From Octopus vulgaris (lineage: Eukaryota): a stretch of DNA of 64,000 nucleotides. Positions within the stretch are counted from its first letter, which is position 1. Every line of letters begins with the position of its first letter. The stretch lies in contig OX597823.1 of NCBI GenBank assembly GCA_951406725.2, positions 112,592,001 to 112,656,000 of the forward strand, read 5' to 3'. Positions 26,540 to 38,999 of this stretch are shown here, piece after piece. The notes under the pieces are model-generated. The model saw only the letters and a program-made list of their open reading frames with translations, did not search any database and was not told where the DNA came from. A program made the translations under genes and the position numbers.

Positions 26540-26855
26540 ATATAAGCGGAAAGTGTAACCTCTCAAAAGAGCTGTTCTTCACTCCTGCTCCAGAGTGTCG
26601 GCTGCGGGGTCATTCCGAAAAGCTCTATCTGCGACGATTTCATCTCATTCGAAGGAGAGGGGCTTTCTCCGTCCAGGTTGCGGATCCGTGGAATAAGCTG
26701 CCGGACGAGATGGTGAAGATGCCGACGACCGCTCGGTTCAAAGTCTCCCTTGACCACAAGTGGCCTGAACTCTTTACATGAACACCACCCTGTACATAAC
26801 TCCATGTCCCCCTACATGGCCTTGCTTTTTGCTTTTTGAGCCAAAAAATTAACTA
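26540..26855 (+). mobile_element. CR1/L2-group LINE 3' end (ORF2 C-terminus plus 3' UTR)
   Basis: RLRGHSEKL...RRGAFSVQVADPWNKLP...FKVSLD matches the RGH..KL / R..FS.RV...WN.LP / FK..LD tail of CR1-type ORF2. Confidence 0.85.
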
Positions 26856-27289
26856 TGTATGTATGTGTGTGTGTGTAAAATAATATACTTTATTCTACAG
26901 ATGTATTACGTGTCTGTACATTTGCTTCTTACATCTATTATCATCATCATCATTGAATGTCTGAAAAATGACCATTTAAATGATGGTGCTGTTAGATGTA
27001 AGAAGGAAATGTGCAGACACATAATGCTTCTGTAGGATAAAGGAGTCAATATATTGAATAAAATTTATTTTCGATTTATTTAGACATGACACTGACTTCA
27101 GTATTTTGACAGACGTGGTCTTTGGCTTTGCAAAAGTGCTTTGTATTTAGAAAAAAAATACCTTTAGTGAAACTTTGAGGTCATCTTTTAAGTTTTATAT
27201 ATATATATATCTATATCTATATATATATATATATTATATATATCTATATCTATATATAAATCAAAAATGAAAAAAAATCAAAAATCAAA

Positions 27290-27706
27290 ATTGATCAACA
27301 TGAATGGAAATTGTCGCTGTGATATCAGTGCTGGTGGTACATAAGAGAACCATCCGAACGTGACTGTTGCCAGTGCCGCCCTGACTGGCTTCCGTGCCGG
27401 TGGCACGTAAAAAGCACCATCCGATCGTGGCCGTTGCCAGCCTTGCCTGGCCTCCGTGCCGGTGGCATGTAAAAAGCACCATCCGACCGTGGCCGTTTGC
27501 CAGACTTGTCTGGCTCCTGTGCAAATGGCACGTAAATAGCACCCACTACACTCATGGAGTGGTTGGTGTTAGGAAGGGCATCCATCCGTAGAAACATTGC
27601 CAGATCAGACTGGGCCTGGTGCAGCCTTCTGGCTTCACAAACCCCAGTTGCACCGTCCAACCCATGCCAGCATAGAAAGCGGACTCTAAACGATGATGAT
27701 GATGAT
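27290..27706 (+). mobile_element. Long SINE-like family C copy with ~60-bp internal subrepeats
   Basis: Repeated ggtggcacgtaaaaagcaccatccga units followed by the family C body. Confidence 0.8.
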
Positions 27707-28745
27707 AATATATATATACACTCACACACATATATATTATTAAAGGGGCTGGTCGCAATTCAAAACCAAATGGTACAAGTACAAGTACAGATGTCATTAA
27801 AAGTGACTAAGGGTGCAAGTAAGCACCAGCATTGCTAGAAATAAGTGTTAAAATAATTTTTAGCCACAGACGGAACATTCTCTGTTACAAAAGCACTTAT
27901 CTATTGACTAACAAGGGCAAAAAGGCCCCTAAGCAAACAATTTCAGATCATATATATTTGTGTGTGTGTGTGTGTGTGTGTGACTGCACACATACAAAAT
28001 GAGAACAAAACAAACACTTTAAGCCATTTTCCGAGACCCTCGCACTCTTACCGAAGGTTTCTGTGGCCTGGGTCTCTTTGGCTGGTAAGAAAGGCTAAGC
28101 TAATATGTCTGAAAGAGACAGCCAGATGTAGGGGCTGCCAAGAGAGTCAGGAATGTTACACTCAAAATCCTTGGTGGGGTTGCATTGCATTTATGGCTTT
28201 GATAGATGGTCGTTGACCTCTGGCTTAGTTCATCTCCCCTTATAGATGGGCATCATTTAAATTAAATGACCATATTTCTTACACATAAAAACACTTACAT
28301 GAATGCCTGTACACAAACACACACCCACGCTATCCACTCCATCACCTCCAATACAAACCACACACACACACAATGTTAAATATGGAATAGCTTAGGTACT
28401 ATAGCCTGATATAACTGAATAAATATATTGTAATCCATGTGTTGAGTAGTCTTTCTCTATTGTGTATATAAAAAAAATCTGTGTGTATGAGAGAGAGAGA
28501 GGGGGGAGATTAGAAATCTTTGGGGAATATGAACAAAAAACAGGTGCGGTTCCTGGTCAAGTGAATACCAGCAAACTCCAATATGAGCCAATGAGGTAAG
28601 GTCTATATGGTTGTACAGCCTTCTGGAATTAGCACCAGAATATTCATCAAATCCTAGAAAAGGAAACATACATTGGTTAGAATAGTGTAAGGCATATTAA
28701 AACTGAAAACAAGACGGAATGGTCATGAAAGAAACATACGATTAA

Positions 28746-30862
28746 GGACCTGCCCATGATCTGGAGTTTAAAGATCTACCCAATTAGGGTCTGATGATCT
28801 GGAGTTTAAATACCTACCCAATTAGGGTTTGATGATCTGGAGTTTAAAGACCTACTCAATTAGGGTCTGATGATCTGGAGTTTAAAGACCTACTCAATTA
28901 GGGTCTGATGATCTGGAGTTTAAAGAGTTGCCCAATTAGGGTCTGATGATCTGGAGTTTAAAGACCTACCCAATTAGGGTCTGATGATCTGGAGTTTAAA
29001 GACCTACCCAATTAGGGTCTGATGATCTGGAGTTTAAAGACCTACTCAATTAGGGTCTGATGATCTGGAGTTTAAAGACCTACTCAATTAGGGTCTGATG
29101 ATCTGGAGTTTAAAGACCTGTCCAATTAGGGTCTGATGATCTGGAGTTTAAAGACCTACTCACTTAGGGTCTGATGATCTGGAGTTTAAAGACCTACCCA
29201 ATTTAGGGTCTGATGATCTGGAGTTTAAAGACCTACCCAATTAGGGTCTGATGATCTGGAGTTTAAAGACCTACTCAATTAGGGTCTGATGATCTGGAGT
29301 TTAAAGACCTGCCCAATTAGGGTCTGATGGTCTGGAGTTTAAAGACCTACCCAATTAGGGTCTGATGATCTGGAGTTTAAAGACCTACCCAATTAGGGTC
29401 TGATGATCTGGAGTTTAAAGACCTACCCAATTAGGGTCTGATGATCTGGAGTTTAAAGACCTACCCAATTAGGGTCTGATGATCTGGAGTTTAAAGACCT
29501 GCCCAATTAGGGTCTGATAATCTGGAGCTTAAAGACCTACTCAATTAGGGTCTGATGATCTGGAGTTTAAAGACCTACTCAATTAGGGTCTGATGATCTG
29601 GAGTTTAAAGACCTGCCCAATTAGGGTCTGATGATCTGGAGTTTAAAGACCTACTCAATTAGGGTCTGATGATCTGGAGTTTAAAGACCTGCCCAATTAG
29701 GGTCTGATAATCTGGAGTTTAAAGACCTACTCAATTAGGGTCTGATGATCTGGAGTTTAAAGACCTACTCAATTAGGGTCTGATGATCTGGAGTTTAAAG
29801 ACCTACTCAATTAGGGTCTGATGATCTGGAGTTTAAAGACCTACTCAATTAGGGTCTGATGATCTGGAGTTTAAAGACCTACTCAATTAGGGTCTGATGA
29901 TCTGGAGTTTAAAGACCTACTCAATTAGGGTCTGATGATCTGGAGTTTAAAGACCTACTCAATTAGGGTCTGATGATCTGGAGTTTAAAGACCTACTCAA
30001 TTAGGGTCTGATGATCTGGAGTTTAAAGACCTACTCAATTAGGGTCTGATGATCTGGAGTTTAAAGACCTACTCAATTAGGGTCTGATGATCTGGAGTTT
30101 AAAGACCTGCCCAATTAGGGTCTGATAATCTGGAGCTTAAAGACCTACTCAATTAGGGTCTGATGATCTGGAGTTTAAAGACCTACTCAATTAGGGTCTG
30201 ATGATCTGGAGTTTAAAGACCTGCCCAATTAGGGTCTGATGATCTGGAGTTTAAAGACCTACTCAATTAGGGTCTGATGATCTGGAGTTTAAAGACCTGC
30301 CCAATTAGGGTCTGATAATCTGGAGTTTAAAGACCTACTCAATTAGGGTCTGATGATCTGGAGTTTAAAGACCTACTCAATTAGGGTCTGATGATCTGGA
30401 GTTTAAAGACCTACTCAATTAGGGTCTGATGATCTGGAGTTTAAAGACCTACTCAATTAGGGTCTGATGATCTGGAGTTTAAAGACCTACTCAATTAGGG
30501 TCTGATGATCTGGAGTTTAAAGACCTACTCAATTAGGGTCTGATGATCTGGAGTTTAAAGACCTACTCAATTAGGGTCTGATGATCTGGAGTTTAACGAC
30601 CTGCCCAATTAGGGTCTGATGATCTGGAGTTTAAAGACCTACTCAATTAGGGTCTGATGATCTGGAGTTTAAAGACCTACTCAATTAGGGTCTGATGATC
30701 TGGAGTTTAAAGACCTACCCAATTAGGGTCTGATGATCTGGAGTTTAAAGACCTACCCAATTAGGGTCTGATGATCTGGAGTTTAAAGATCTACCCAATT
30801 AGGGTCTGATGATCTGGAGTTTAAAGACCTACCCAATTAGGGTTTGATGATCTGGAGTTAAA
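28746..30862. repeat. 38-bp satellite array (~55 copies), tgatgatctggagtttaaagaccta(c/t)tcaattagggtc
   Basis: Period of 38 bp read directly (tagggtc at 28861 and 28899); variants tactc/taccc/tgccc. Confidence 0.98.
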
Positions 30863-31123
30863 TAACAGCAACAGTTATAACAATTTTTGTGTATTAATAA
30901 ACCATTTTTCTATTTGAATTTCATTTTCATCTGTATCTCAGTGATAAAAACGATATGCCATGTCCCTCAATGGTGTAAGTGGTGACTAAAAAAGGGATGA
31001 TGCCAAGTAAGGCCTCTATCAGTAAAGTAATACCTCAGAATAAACATTGGAAAGGCTGATGTAAAGTATTAATTAGTTCATCAGTTTAAATGATTTTTCA
31101 TCTCATGACCATTATTATTTCAG

Positions 31124-31189
31124 GTGATGACCCCATAACTATATCTTCATCTGGTACAGATGAATCAGCAGATGAAGGTGGAAATAACT
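31124..31189 (+). CDS. CAAP1: CAAP1-like gene, probable coding exon 4 (acidic/Ser-rich)
   Basis: Acceptor ttattatttcag|, strong donor |gtaagt, 66 nt phase 1/1. Joined to exon 3 it gives ...ILAGDDPITISSSGTDESADEGGNN, an acidic linker as expected after the CAAP1 domain. Implies a ~19.6 kb intron. Confidence 0.72.
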
Positions 31190-31489
31190 GTAAGTACTTT
31201 TTTTTTCCCTTTCCTTTAATCTTTTCCTTCCTGTACTTCTAATGAAACACACTAATTATGTGTTTTAATTAACTTTGGAAATAATCAAGAATTCACAAAG
31301 GCATAGTAAAATAAACTAACTTTGTGATCTTTTATATTATTTCTGTTATGGCCGACATATGTAAAGCTTTGACTATGGAACAAAATCAATGACAATCTAT
31401 GATGCACACCACATATTATTTGTAATACAATTAACTATTAAACAATGGAATGAAATCAGAGACATTAACTATTATGTTCACTAAACTTA

Positions 31490-31880
31490 TATCATCATCA
31501 TCATCGTTTTACGTCCGTTTTTCGTGCTAGCATGGGTTGGACGGTTTGACCGGGGTCTGGGAAGCCAGGAGGCTCCACCAGGCTCCAGTCTGATCTGGTA
31601 GTGTTTCTACAGCTGGATGCCCTTCCTAACGCCAACCACTCCGTGAGTGTAGTGGGTGCTTTTTACGTGCCACCTGCACAGGTGCCAGGGGAGGCTGGCA
31701 GCAGCCACGATCGGTTGGTGCTTTTTACATGCCACCGGCACAGAAGCCAGTCAAGGCGGAGCTGGCATCGGCCACGTTCGGATGGTGCTTTTTACATGCC
31801 TCTGGCACAGGTATCACAACTACCATTTCCATTTGATATTTATTTCGATGTTCATGTACTTGACTCAATAGGTCTCCAAT
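31490..31880 (-). mobile_element. SINE-like family C
   Basis: Reverse complement of the 27290-27706 type. Confidence 0.8.
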
Positions 31881-32183
31881 TTGTATTATTTGTCAGGCAG
31901 CTGACTGATATATTAAATTAATTACTGGTATATTTTGCTGAGAAATTACTGATCAGAGGGACAGCAAATGTATTCTGTCCACTGAGATTGTAGGTTCAAG
32001 TCCAGCCATACTCTCTTTCTGTTTTGCTATGAAAATGTATTCCAGTTCACTGAGATTTGTTGATGCATTCATTACCGTTATCGTTGTACTGTAGCAGAAT
32101 AACATTTTTGTTAGGCTGTCTTTGGTTCGAGTGGTTGGAATGAGTGAGCTGCTCACTTCATGTTGCACGATATTTAGTTTCAT

Positions 32184-32399
32184 AGGCGAGCTGGCAGAAA
32201 CGTTAGCGCGCCGGGAGAAATGCCTGCCGCTACGTTCTGAGTTCAAATTCCGCCGAGGTCGACTTTGCCTTTCATCCTTTCAGGGTCGATTAATTAAGTA
32301 CCAGTTACGCACTGGGGTCGATGTAATCAACTTAATCCGTTTGTCTGTCCTTGTTTGTCCTCTCTATGTTTAGCCCCTTGTGGGTAGTAAAGAAATAGG
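32184..32399 (+). mobile_element. SINE family A monomer
   Basis: 13-bp TSD tatttagtttcat (32171-32183, 32400-32412). Confidence 0.88.
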
Positions 32400-32631
32400 T
32401 ATTTAGTTTCATCGCATTTGAAGCTCAAATTCCTCTAAACCTTAGTTTTCCTCAGTATTGACAAAATATGTATCTATTATATATTGATTTTGATGATGGG
32501 AACCTGTGGAAGAGGTAGACCCACTTGTTCCTCTGCCGGTAAAATGCAGTCCTTTGTTGTGTCAAATATCCGTATACATACATTTGCTTCTATTTCTTCA
32601 ATATGTAGTTCTTGTAGTTTCAATATGTAGT

Positions 32632-32940
32632 TCTTAACCACTACGCCATATGCCCGTGGTTAAGAGCACAGGCTACTAACCTCAAGATTCTGAGTTCGAT
32701 TCCAAGCATTGACATGAACAATAATTATAATTATAATAATAATAATAATAATAATAGTAATAATAATAATAACATCGAAGGATACCTTAGGAATGAGAAC
32801 CCAGGTTTGAAATTTCCCCCAAGACACCTAAAGAAGGCTGGAGGGTATATCAGCTGAAACGTGTTAACAACAAACAAGATGAGGACAAAGATCCTTTGAA
32901 TGTAAATAATGTAAATTATGTATGTATTTCTTGTGCCTGT
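32632..32940 (+). mobile_element. tRNA-headed retroposon with degenerate hammerhead motif and inverted 5' end
   Basis: B box gagttcgattcc; A-box part tggcgtagtgg lies inverted at 32632-32655; (AAT)n linker; acac-CTAAAGA-a-ggctg...cagct-GAAA-cg-tgt at 32824-32865. Confidence 0.6.
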
Positions 32941-33221
32941 CATTATTTGGATGGTATATGCCCAAACCAGCGGGATCATTAGCACCCCAGACAAAAATGA
33001 ATAGCAGCTGTTCATCTGTCTTTATGTTCTGAGTTCAAATTCTGCAGAAGTGACTTTGCTTTCCATGTTTCTGGGATCAGTAAAATAAATGTCAGTGAAG
33101 CAGTAGGGTCAGTGTAATCAGCTGGCCCCCTCCCACAAAATTTGAGGGCTATAGAAAGGGTTATTTGGAAGGTGTCATTGCGTAGTCACCTAAACACAGA
33201 GCATTAACAAGGTGAAATATA

Positions 33222-33639
33222 TATTTCTTTACTACCCACGAGGGGCTAAACACAGAAGGGACAAACAAGGACAGACAAACGGATTAAGTCAATTATATCA
33301 ACCCCAGTGTGTAACTGGTACTTATTTAATCGACCCCAAAAGGATGAACGGCAAAGTCGACATCGGCGGAATTTGAACTCAGAACGTAACCGCAGACGAA
33401 ATACCTATTTCTTTACTACCCACAATGGGCTAAACACAGAAGAGACAAACAAGGACAGACAAACGGATTAAGTTGATTATATCGAACCCAGTGCGTAACT
33501 GGTACTTATTTAATTGACCCCGAAAGGATGAAAGGCAAAGTCGACCTTGGCGGAATTTGAACTCAGAATGTAGCGGCAGACGAAATACTGCTAAGCATTT
33601 CGCCCGTTGTGCTAACGATTCTGCCAGCTCACCGCCTAT
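33222..33639 (-). mobile_element. Dimeric SINE family A
   Basis: 14-bp TSD caaggtgaaatata (33208-33221, 33640-33653). Confidence 0.88.
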
Positions 33640-35557
33640 CAAGGTGAAATATAACGATGCGCTGAAGAGGAAGATGATAATCAGAAATATTGAATTATTA
33701 CCTTTAGCTATCTTCTACTATGTCTAAATTTCCCCCCCACACGCAGCACATACTTCTGTGCAGTTGCGTTACGTGTCAGCATCAGTATCAGCAGTCATCC
33801 CTCCTGTGTGTCCACTTCAGTGACTTCCATTTCCATAGTATTATTTGAGATCTTTATTTATTTTCCTTTTTTTTTTTTGTGTGTGTTTCTTTTTAAGTGT
33901 TAGACATGTTTTGGCTGAGTAAGTTGACGTTTTCCATTCTCAATTGCTTTAGTTTCCAAAATATGACTCGGTAACTCTCGACACCAGAATATAGTTTGCT
34001 GAAATTGATAAACTGCCAGTGGTGGCCTGTTTCAGTAAAAATTGAATTGGAAATAAAAACTCGTGTGATAGGTATTGTTGTCGGAATTCTTGTAGAATAT
34101 AGTACAGACTTTGTACGTGTTTAAAGTGATGTATAGTTTTGGGGAACAAACAGGAGAGATAGAATTCAACGTGAATTTTTTTTTTTATTTTTTTCATAAT
34201 TTGGCAGGAAAGTTACAAAAGTGACTCAAGGGCCAAAATGTTCATGCATGGCACTTATCATGTCTCTTTGATAAGTGCCATGTGCCAAACACTTGGCCCT
34301 TCTGTCACTTTTGGAACATCACTTCTGATTAAGCACACACACATGCACAGATATATATATATGTGTGTGTATTGATACATGTATATGTGTGTGTATGTGT
34401 GTATATATATATGTGTATATATATGTGTATGTGTGTATATATATATGTGTATATATATGTGTATGTGTGTATATATATATGTGTATATATATGTGTATGT
34501 GTGTATATATATATATCGATATATGCCTTTCTATCTATCTATCTGTCTGTCTGTCTAGATAAACAGATATAGATATATATATGTAATGATACATACATGA
34601 ATGTGTATATAGATATGTACATCAATGTATATAAATGTACATGCATGTATATGTGCATATGTATATATAATATGTGTGTATATAGAAATGTATATGTATG
34701 TACACACATTATATATATATATATATATGTATATGTGTTTGTATATTTATATATTTATATATATACAGCTTATATATGCATGTTTGTGCATATTAATAAA
34801 TACTGATACAAACACACACACACACACACTTCTGTCTTCTATGCTAATTATGTGTGTATGTTTTGTATCAACCATGATAAAAAAAAGTATGAGAAGTGTT
34901 CAGTATAGAATAACTTTAGTATACTTATAATCATTCACACAACGGAGTGTGCCGTTACTTAAGTCTCACCTATACATGCGTTACAAAGAAACAGAAAAGC
35001 TCCCTTAACTATGCATTTACAAAACAATGTTAGTTGAGAGAAAGCATGTTGTTATTTGTGTTGCAAGGCTTGCGACGACGCGTGCACATGTGTGTGCAAT
35101 GACTGACCTTGGTGTTAATTAAATAACGAGATTTCCCAACAGATATAATATGCACCGTTCTCACGCAAACACTAGGGGATGGTGGGACGGTGCTGACATT
35201 GGTGCATTTGTGAGTGTATGAAAATGTGTGTCTGTGTGTAATATGTGAGTGAGACTCTGTGTGTGTGTGTGTGTTAAACGATGATGATGATGTGTGTGTG
35301 TACATATATATATACACATACATATATGTATATATATATATATATAATATATTCATACACACACACATATATATATACATATATATATATACATATATGT
35401 ATGTATATATACACATACATATATGTATATATATATATAATATATTTATACACACACACACACATATATATATATACATATATATACATATATATACATA
35501 TATATATATATATATACATAAATATACATATATATATATACACACACATATATATAT

Positions 35558-35588
<31 letters not shown>

Positions 35589-36170
35589 CATTCACACACA
35601 GACACAGATACACACACACATGTATATATATGTGTGTATGTATATGAGGCTGGTATAATTTCCATGAAGTTATTGCACGATAGAATTAAAATCGTTTCAG
35701 AAAGTGAATGCAGTGCTAGGAACCAAACTGAAGAGAAGAAACAAGCAATGCAGGGCATCGGCTTTCTTTTGCATGAATTAGTCTATTGATCTATCTAGTC
35801 TTCCTGTTTATCAGAGTGTCTGTCTGTTTGTCTATCTATTTACCCACATGTCTATATATCTGTCTTTTTAATCACATACCTGCACATGTATAGGACATCC
35901 TACTTCATCTACGTATGCACAGGTGTGTGTATGTCCGTGAGTATATATAAATATACATAAATTTATACATATATATATATATATAAATGGCGGTGCCCCA
36001 GTATGGCCACAGCTCGTGAGCTGAAACTAGATAAAATAAAAAAAAATATATATATATATAATTATATATAGGGTGGCTTTTAAACTAGTATATATAGATG
36101 TCTGTCTATCTGTCTGACTGTCTGTCTGTCTATCTATATAAATATATACATATAAATATATATATACACT

Positions 36171-36213
<43 letters not shown>

Positions 36214-36245
36214 TATGTTTATACTTTATATATATTTAAAATTTA

Positions 36246-37250
36246 CTAGCTGGTCTACCTGGTAATTTCCGAGGGTAAAGATGTTTTATTGAAATGCCTT
36301 ATTGCTTAGATATAAAAAAAAGCAATTTCGTTATAGCTGCCACAAAAGGTGTAGTTTCCATCATAAAAAAGTACAAAAACTGTCAGGTGCAGGAGGGAGA
36401 GATTGTTGGAGGCTGGTGAGGGAGGTTTTCAGAGGTTGGTGCAAAAGATTGTCGGAGATTGGCGAGAGAGGTAGTTGGAGGTTGGCGAGAGAGGTTGACA
36501 TTCACAGAAAAACTATTGTTTTATCGTGAGAAAGGTGCTGTTGAAGAGTTAAGTGAAATTTGGCAATTGAGGATCAAATCCACATTATGCCTGCATGTAG
36601 CCACTACAAATATGTTGTGGAAAAAAGAAATATCTACTGTCATGGAGAAAGTGTAACTGTAAAAATGCAGAATCATCAGAGTAATGGGCATTCAAAAAAG
36701 TATGTATGTTTAGAAATGTATGAATGAAGAGATTCAAATGAAGGAAGTGCAATAATAATGTTTAGCAGTTCAAAACTGTGAGTAGTGAAATGCAGAATTA
36801 GGTCGGCTGATCGTGAATATCAAATATTGAACACTTCGCTAAAAACTGCAGGTGATATGGGTTATTTCCCTTGGGTTTATATAAAATATAAGTAATATGT
36901 TGTAGATAGGAGGATCCATTGGAAGGGCATTATTGTCAATTTTTTTCAACAATGTAAATGTCATGAGGTTTCCAGACATGAGTTCTACTCACATGTCAAA
37001 TAAAGTAAAAACGTGATATTGTCTGCAAAAATTAGTAATTGAACACACGCAAAATTAATATTCAAAGTAATCAAACATAAAAAAGTGAAATGGGTTATTT
37101 CCCTTGAGTGTTTAAAAAAATATTGTGCAGGTAGTATGGGTTGTTTCTCTTAGGTAGATATAAAGGTCCCTTCCCGGGGCCATATTATCCAATTTTTTTC
37201 AACAATCTAAATATGTCACAAGGTTTCTAGACATGAGTTCTACTCGCGTG
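36246..37250 (-). mobile_element. Probable non-autonomous Helitron-like element
   Basis: a|ctag terminus at 36245-36249 with an adjacent GC hairpin remnant; internal repeats of gggttatttcccttg and acatgagttctactc, a motif type shared with the Helitron at 50476. The right boundary is uncertain. Confidence 0.45.
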
Positions 37251-37297
<47 letters not shown>

Positions 37298-37740
37298 TAT
37301 ATATATACATACATATATATACACATATATACATAATATACACACACACATGTATAAACATGCACATACACACACACACACACTTACACATATACACGCA
37401 CATAAATATGTATATACATGCACATACATACTCACACGCACACATGCCAATAACATCCCCTTATTCCTGCATGAGAAGAGTTCATATTATCTGTTGGGGA
37501 ATTTGGTTATTTAATTAACATCAAGGTCAGTTATTGCACAAATGTGCACACGTCGTTGCATGTTTTGCAATGCACGTTACTTCAGCATACTTCCTTTCAA
37601 GTAGCATTGCTTGCAAATGCATATTTAAGGACGCTTTTCTGTTCCTTGCCATGTTTGCACTGCATATCTGCACGCATTCACGTGACGCACGAAATAATAG
37701 CTGAAGATGTGATAGGAATTATGATGAAAACGTCAATGGC

Positions 37741-38292
37741 TGACGATGATGATGATGATGGCAGTGGTGATGATAATGGTGATGATGATGATGACGACTG
37801 CAACAGTGGCAGAGGTGGCCGCAATGATGGTGACAATGTTCATGGTGATGATGATGATGACAATGATGATGATAATGGTGATGATGAAGATGATGACAAT
37901 GGTGATGATGATGACAATGGTGATGATGATGACGACTGCGACGATGGCAGTGGTGGCCACAATGATGGTGACAATGTTCATGGTGATGATGATGATGACA
38001 ATGGTGATGATGATGGTGATGATGATGATGACGATGGTGATGATAATGGTGATGATGATGATGATGACGACTGCAGCGGTGGCAGAGGTGACTGCAATGA
38101 TGGTGACAATGTTCATGGTGATGATGATGATGACGATGGTGATGATAATGGTGATGATGATGATGATGACGACTGCGACGATGGCAGAGGTGGCCGCAAT
38201 GATGGTGACAATGTTCATGGTGATGATGATGATGACAGCAACGACGATGATGACAATAGTAGCAAATGATTATTATGGTGATGATGACGATG
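37741..38292. repeat. (GAT)-based compound minisatellite
   Basis: Four recurrences of ...aatgatggtgacaatgttcatggtgatgat... within GAT runs. Confidence 0.9.
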
Positions 38293-38781
38293 TTTGTTTT
38301 ACTAGTTTATTTAATTATTTTTGCTGTTTGATTTGACTCCGTTTTATTTTTTCTTCCCCACCCTTTTCAACATTAATTTGTTCCTGGTTCTAATTGTGTG
38401 CGGGTCGATTGTGTCTTTCATCTCTCCGGGAGTCAATAAAATAAATATTAATGAATTGCTGGAGTTAATTTAATCATCTGTGCCCTTTTTTCCCCTTTCT
38501 AAAATTTATCATCCCATGCATAAACAGCTGTTGTGTTTAGGGCAGAGCTGGCTGTCCACTGAGTGGATCGGGAAGCTCCCTGCCTTCACTTTGCTTTAAC
38601 TAAGAAGGGCTGCAAGTTTTCTTTTGTCCTCGGATTTTCGTCTAGATAAATTCATGGGACTGAAGAGAACCAGTTTCATCATCACCACCACCCACCACCA
38701 CCACCGTCATCATCATCATCATCATTTAGCACCTGCTTTCCATGCTGGCATGGGTTACACGGTTTGACAGAAATTGGTAAG

Positions 38782-38999
38782 GCGAGCTGGCAGAAACGTT
38801 AGCACGCCGGGCGAAATACTTTGCGGTATTTCGCCTGCCGTTATGTTCCGAGTTCAAATTCCGCCGAGGTCGACTTTGCCTTTCATCCTTTTGGGGTCGA
38901 TTAAATAAGTACCAGTTACGCACTGGGGTCGATGTAATCCCTTTGTCTGTCCTTGTTTGTCCCCTCTGTGTTTAGCCCCTTGTGGTTAGTAAAGAAATA
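38782..38999 (+). mobile_element. SINE family A inserted in a family C element
   Basis: 13-bp TSD agaaattggtaag (38769-38781, 39000-39012). Confidence 0.88.

Noticed and set aside
28746-30862. CRISPR array or telomeric array
   Set aside because: Head-to-tail monomers with no unique spacers, no cas genes and a eukaryotic context; TTAGGG occurs only once per 38 bp.
28746-30862. Tandem hammerheads or box C/D snoRNAs (CTGATGA in every unit)
   Set aside because: No GAAA or stem II follows the core; the CTGA and TGATGA boxes overlap and lack snoRNA spacing.
35701-35755. CAAP1 exon 5 ([18 protein letters not shown])
   Set aside because: Splicing to exon 4 would create T|AA (stop), the polypyrimidine tract is weak and there is no GT donor.
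37544-38336. Acidic (aspein-like) biomineralisation protein
   Set aside because: Non-ATG start, no signal peptide, GAT-repeat origin; the N-terminal part is the non-coding inverted module.
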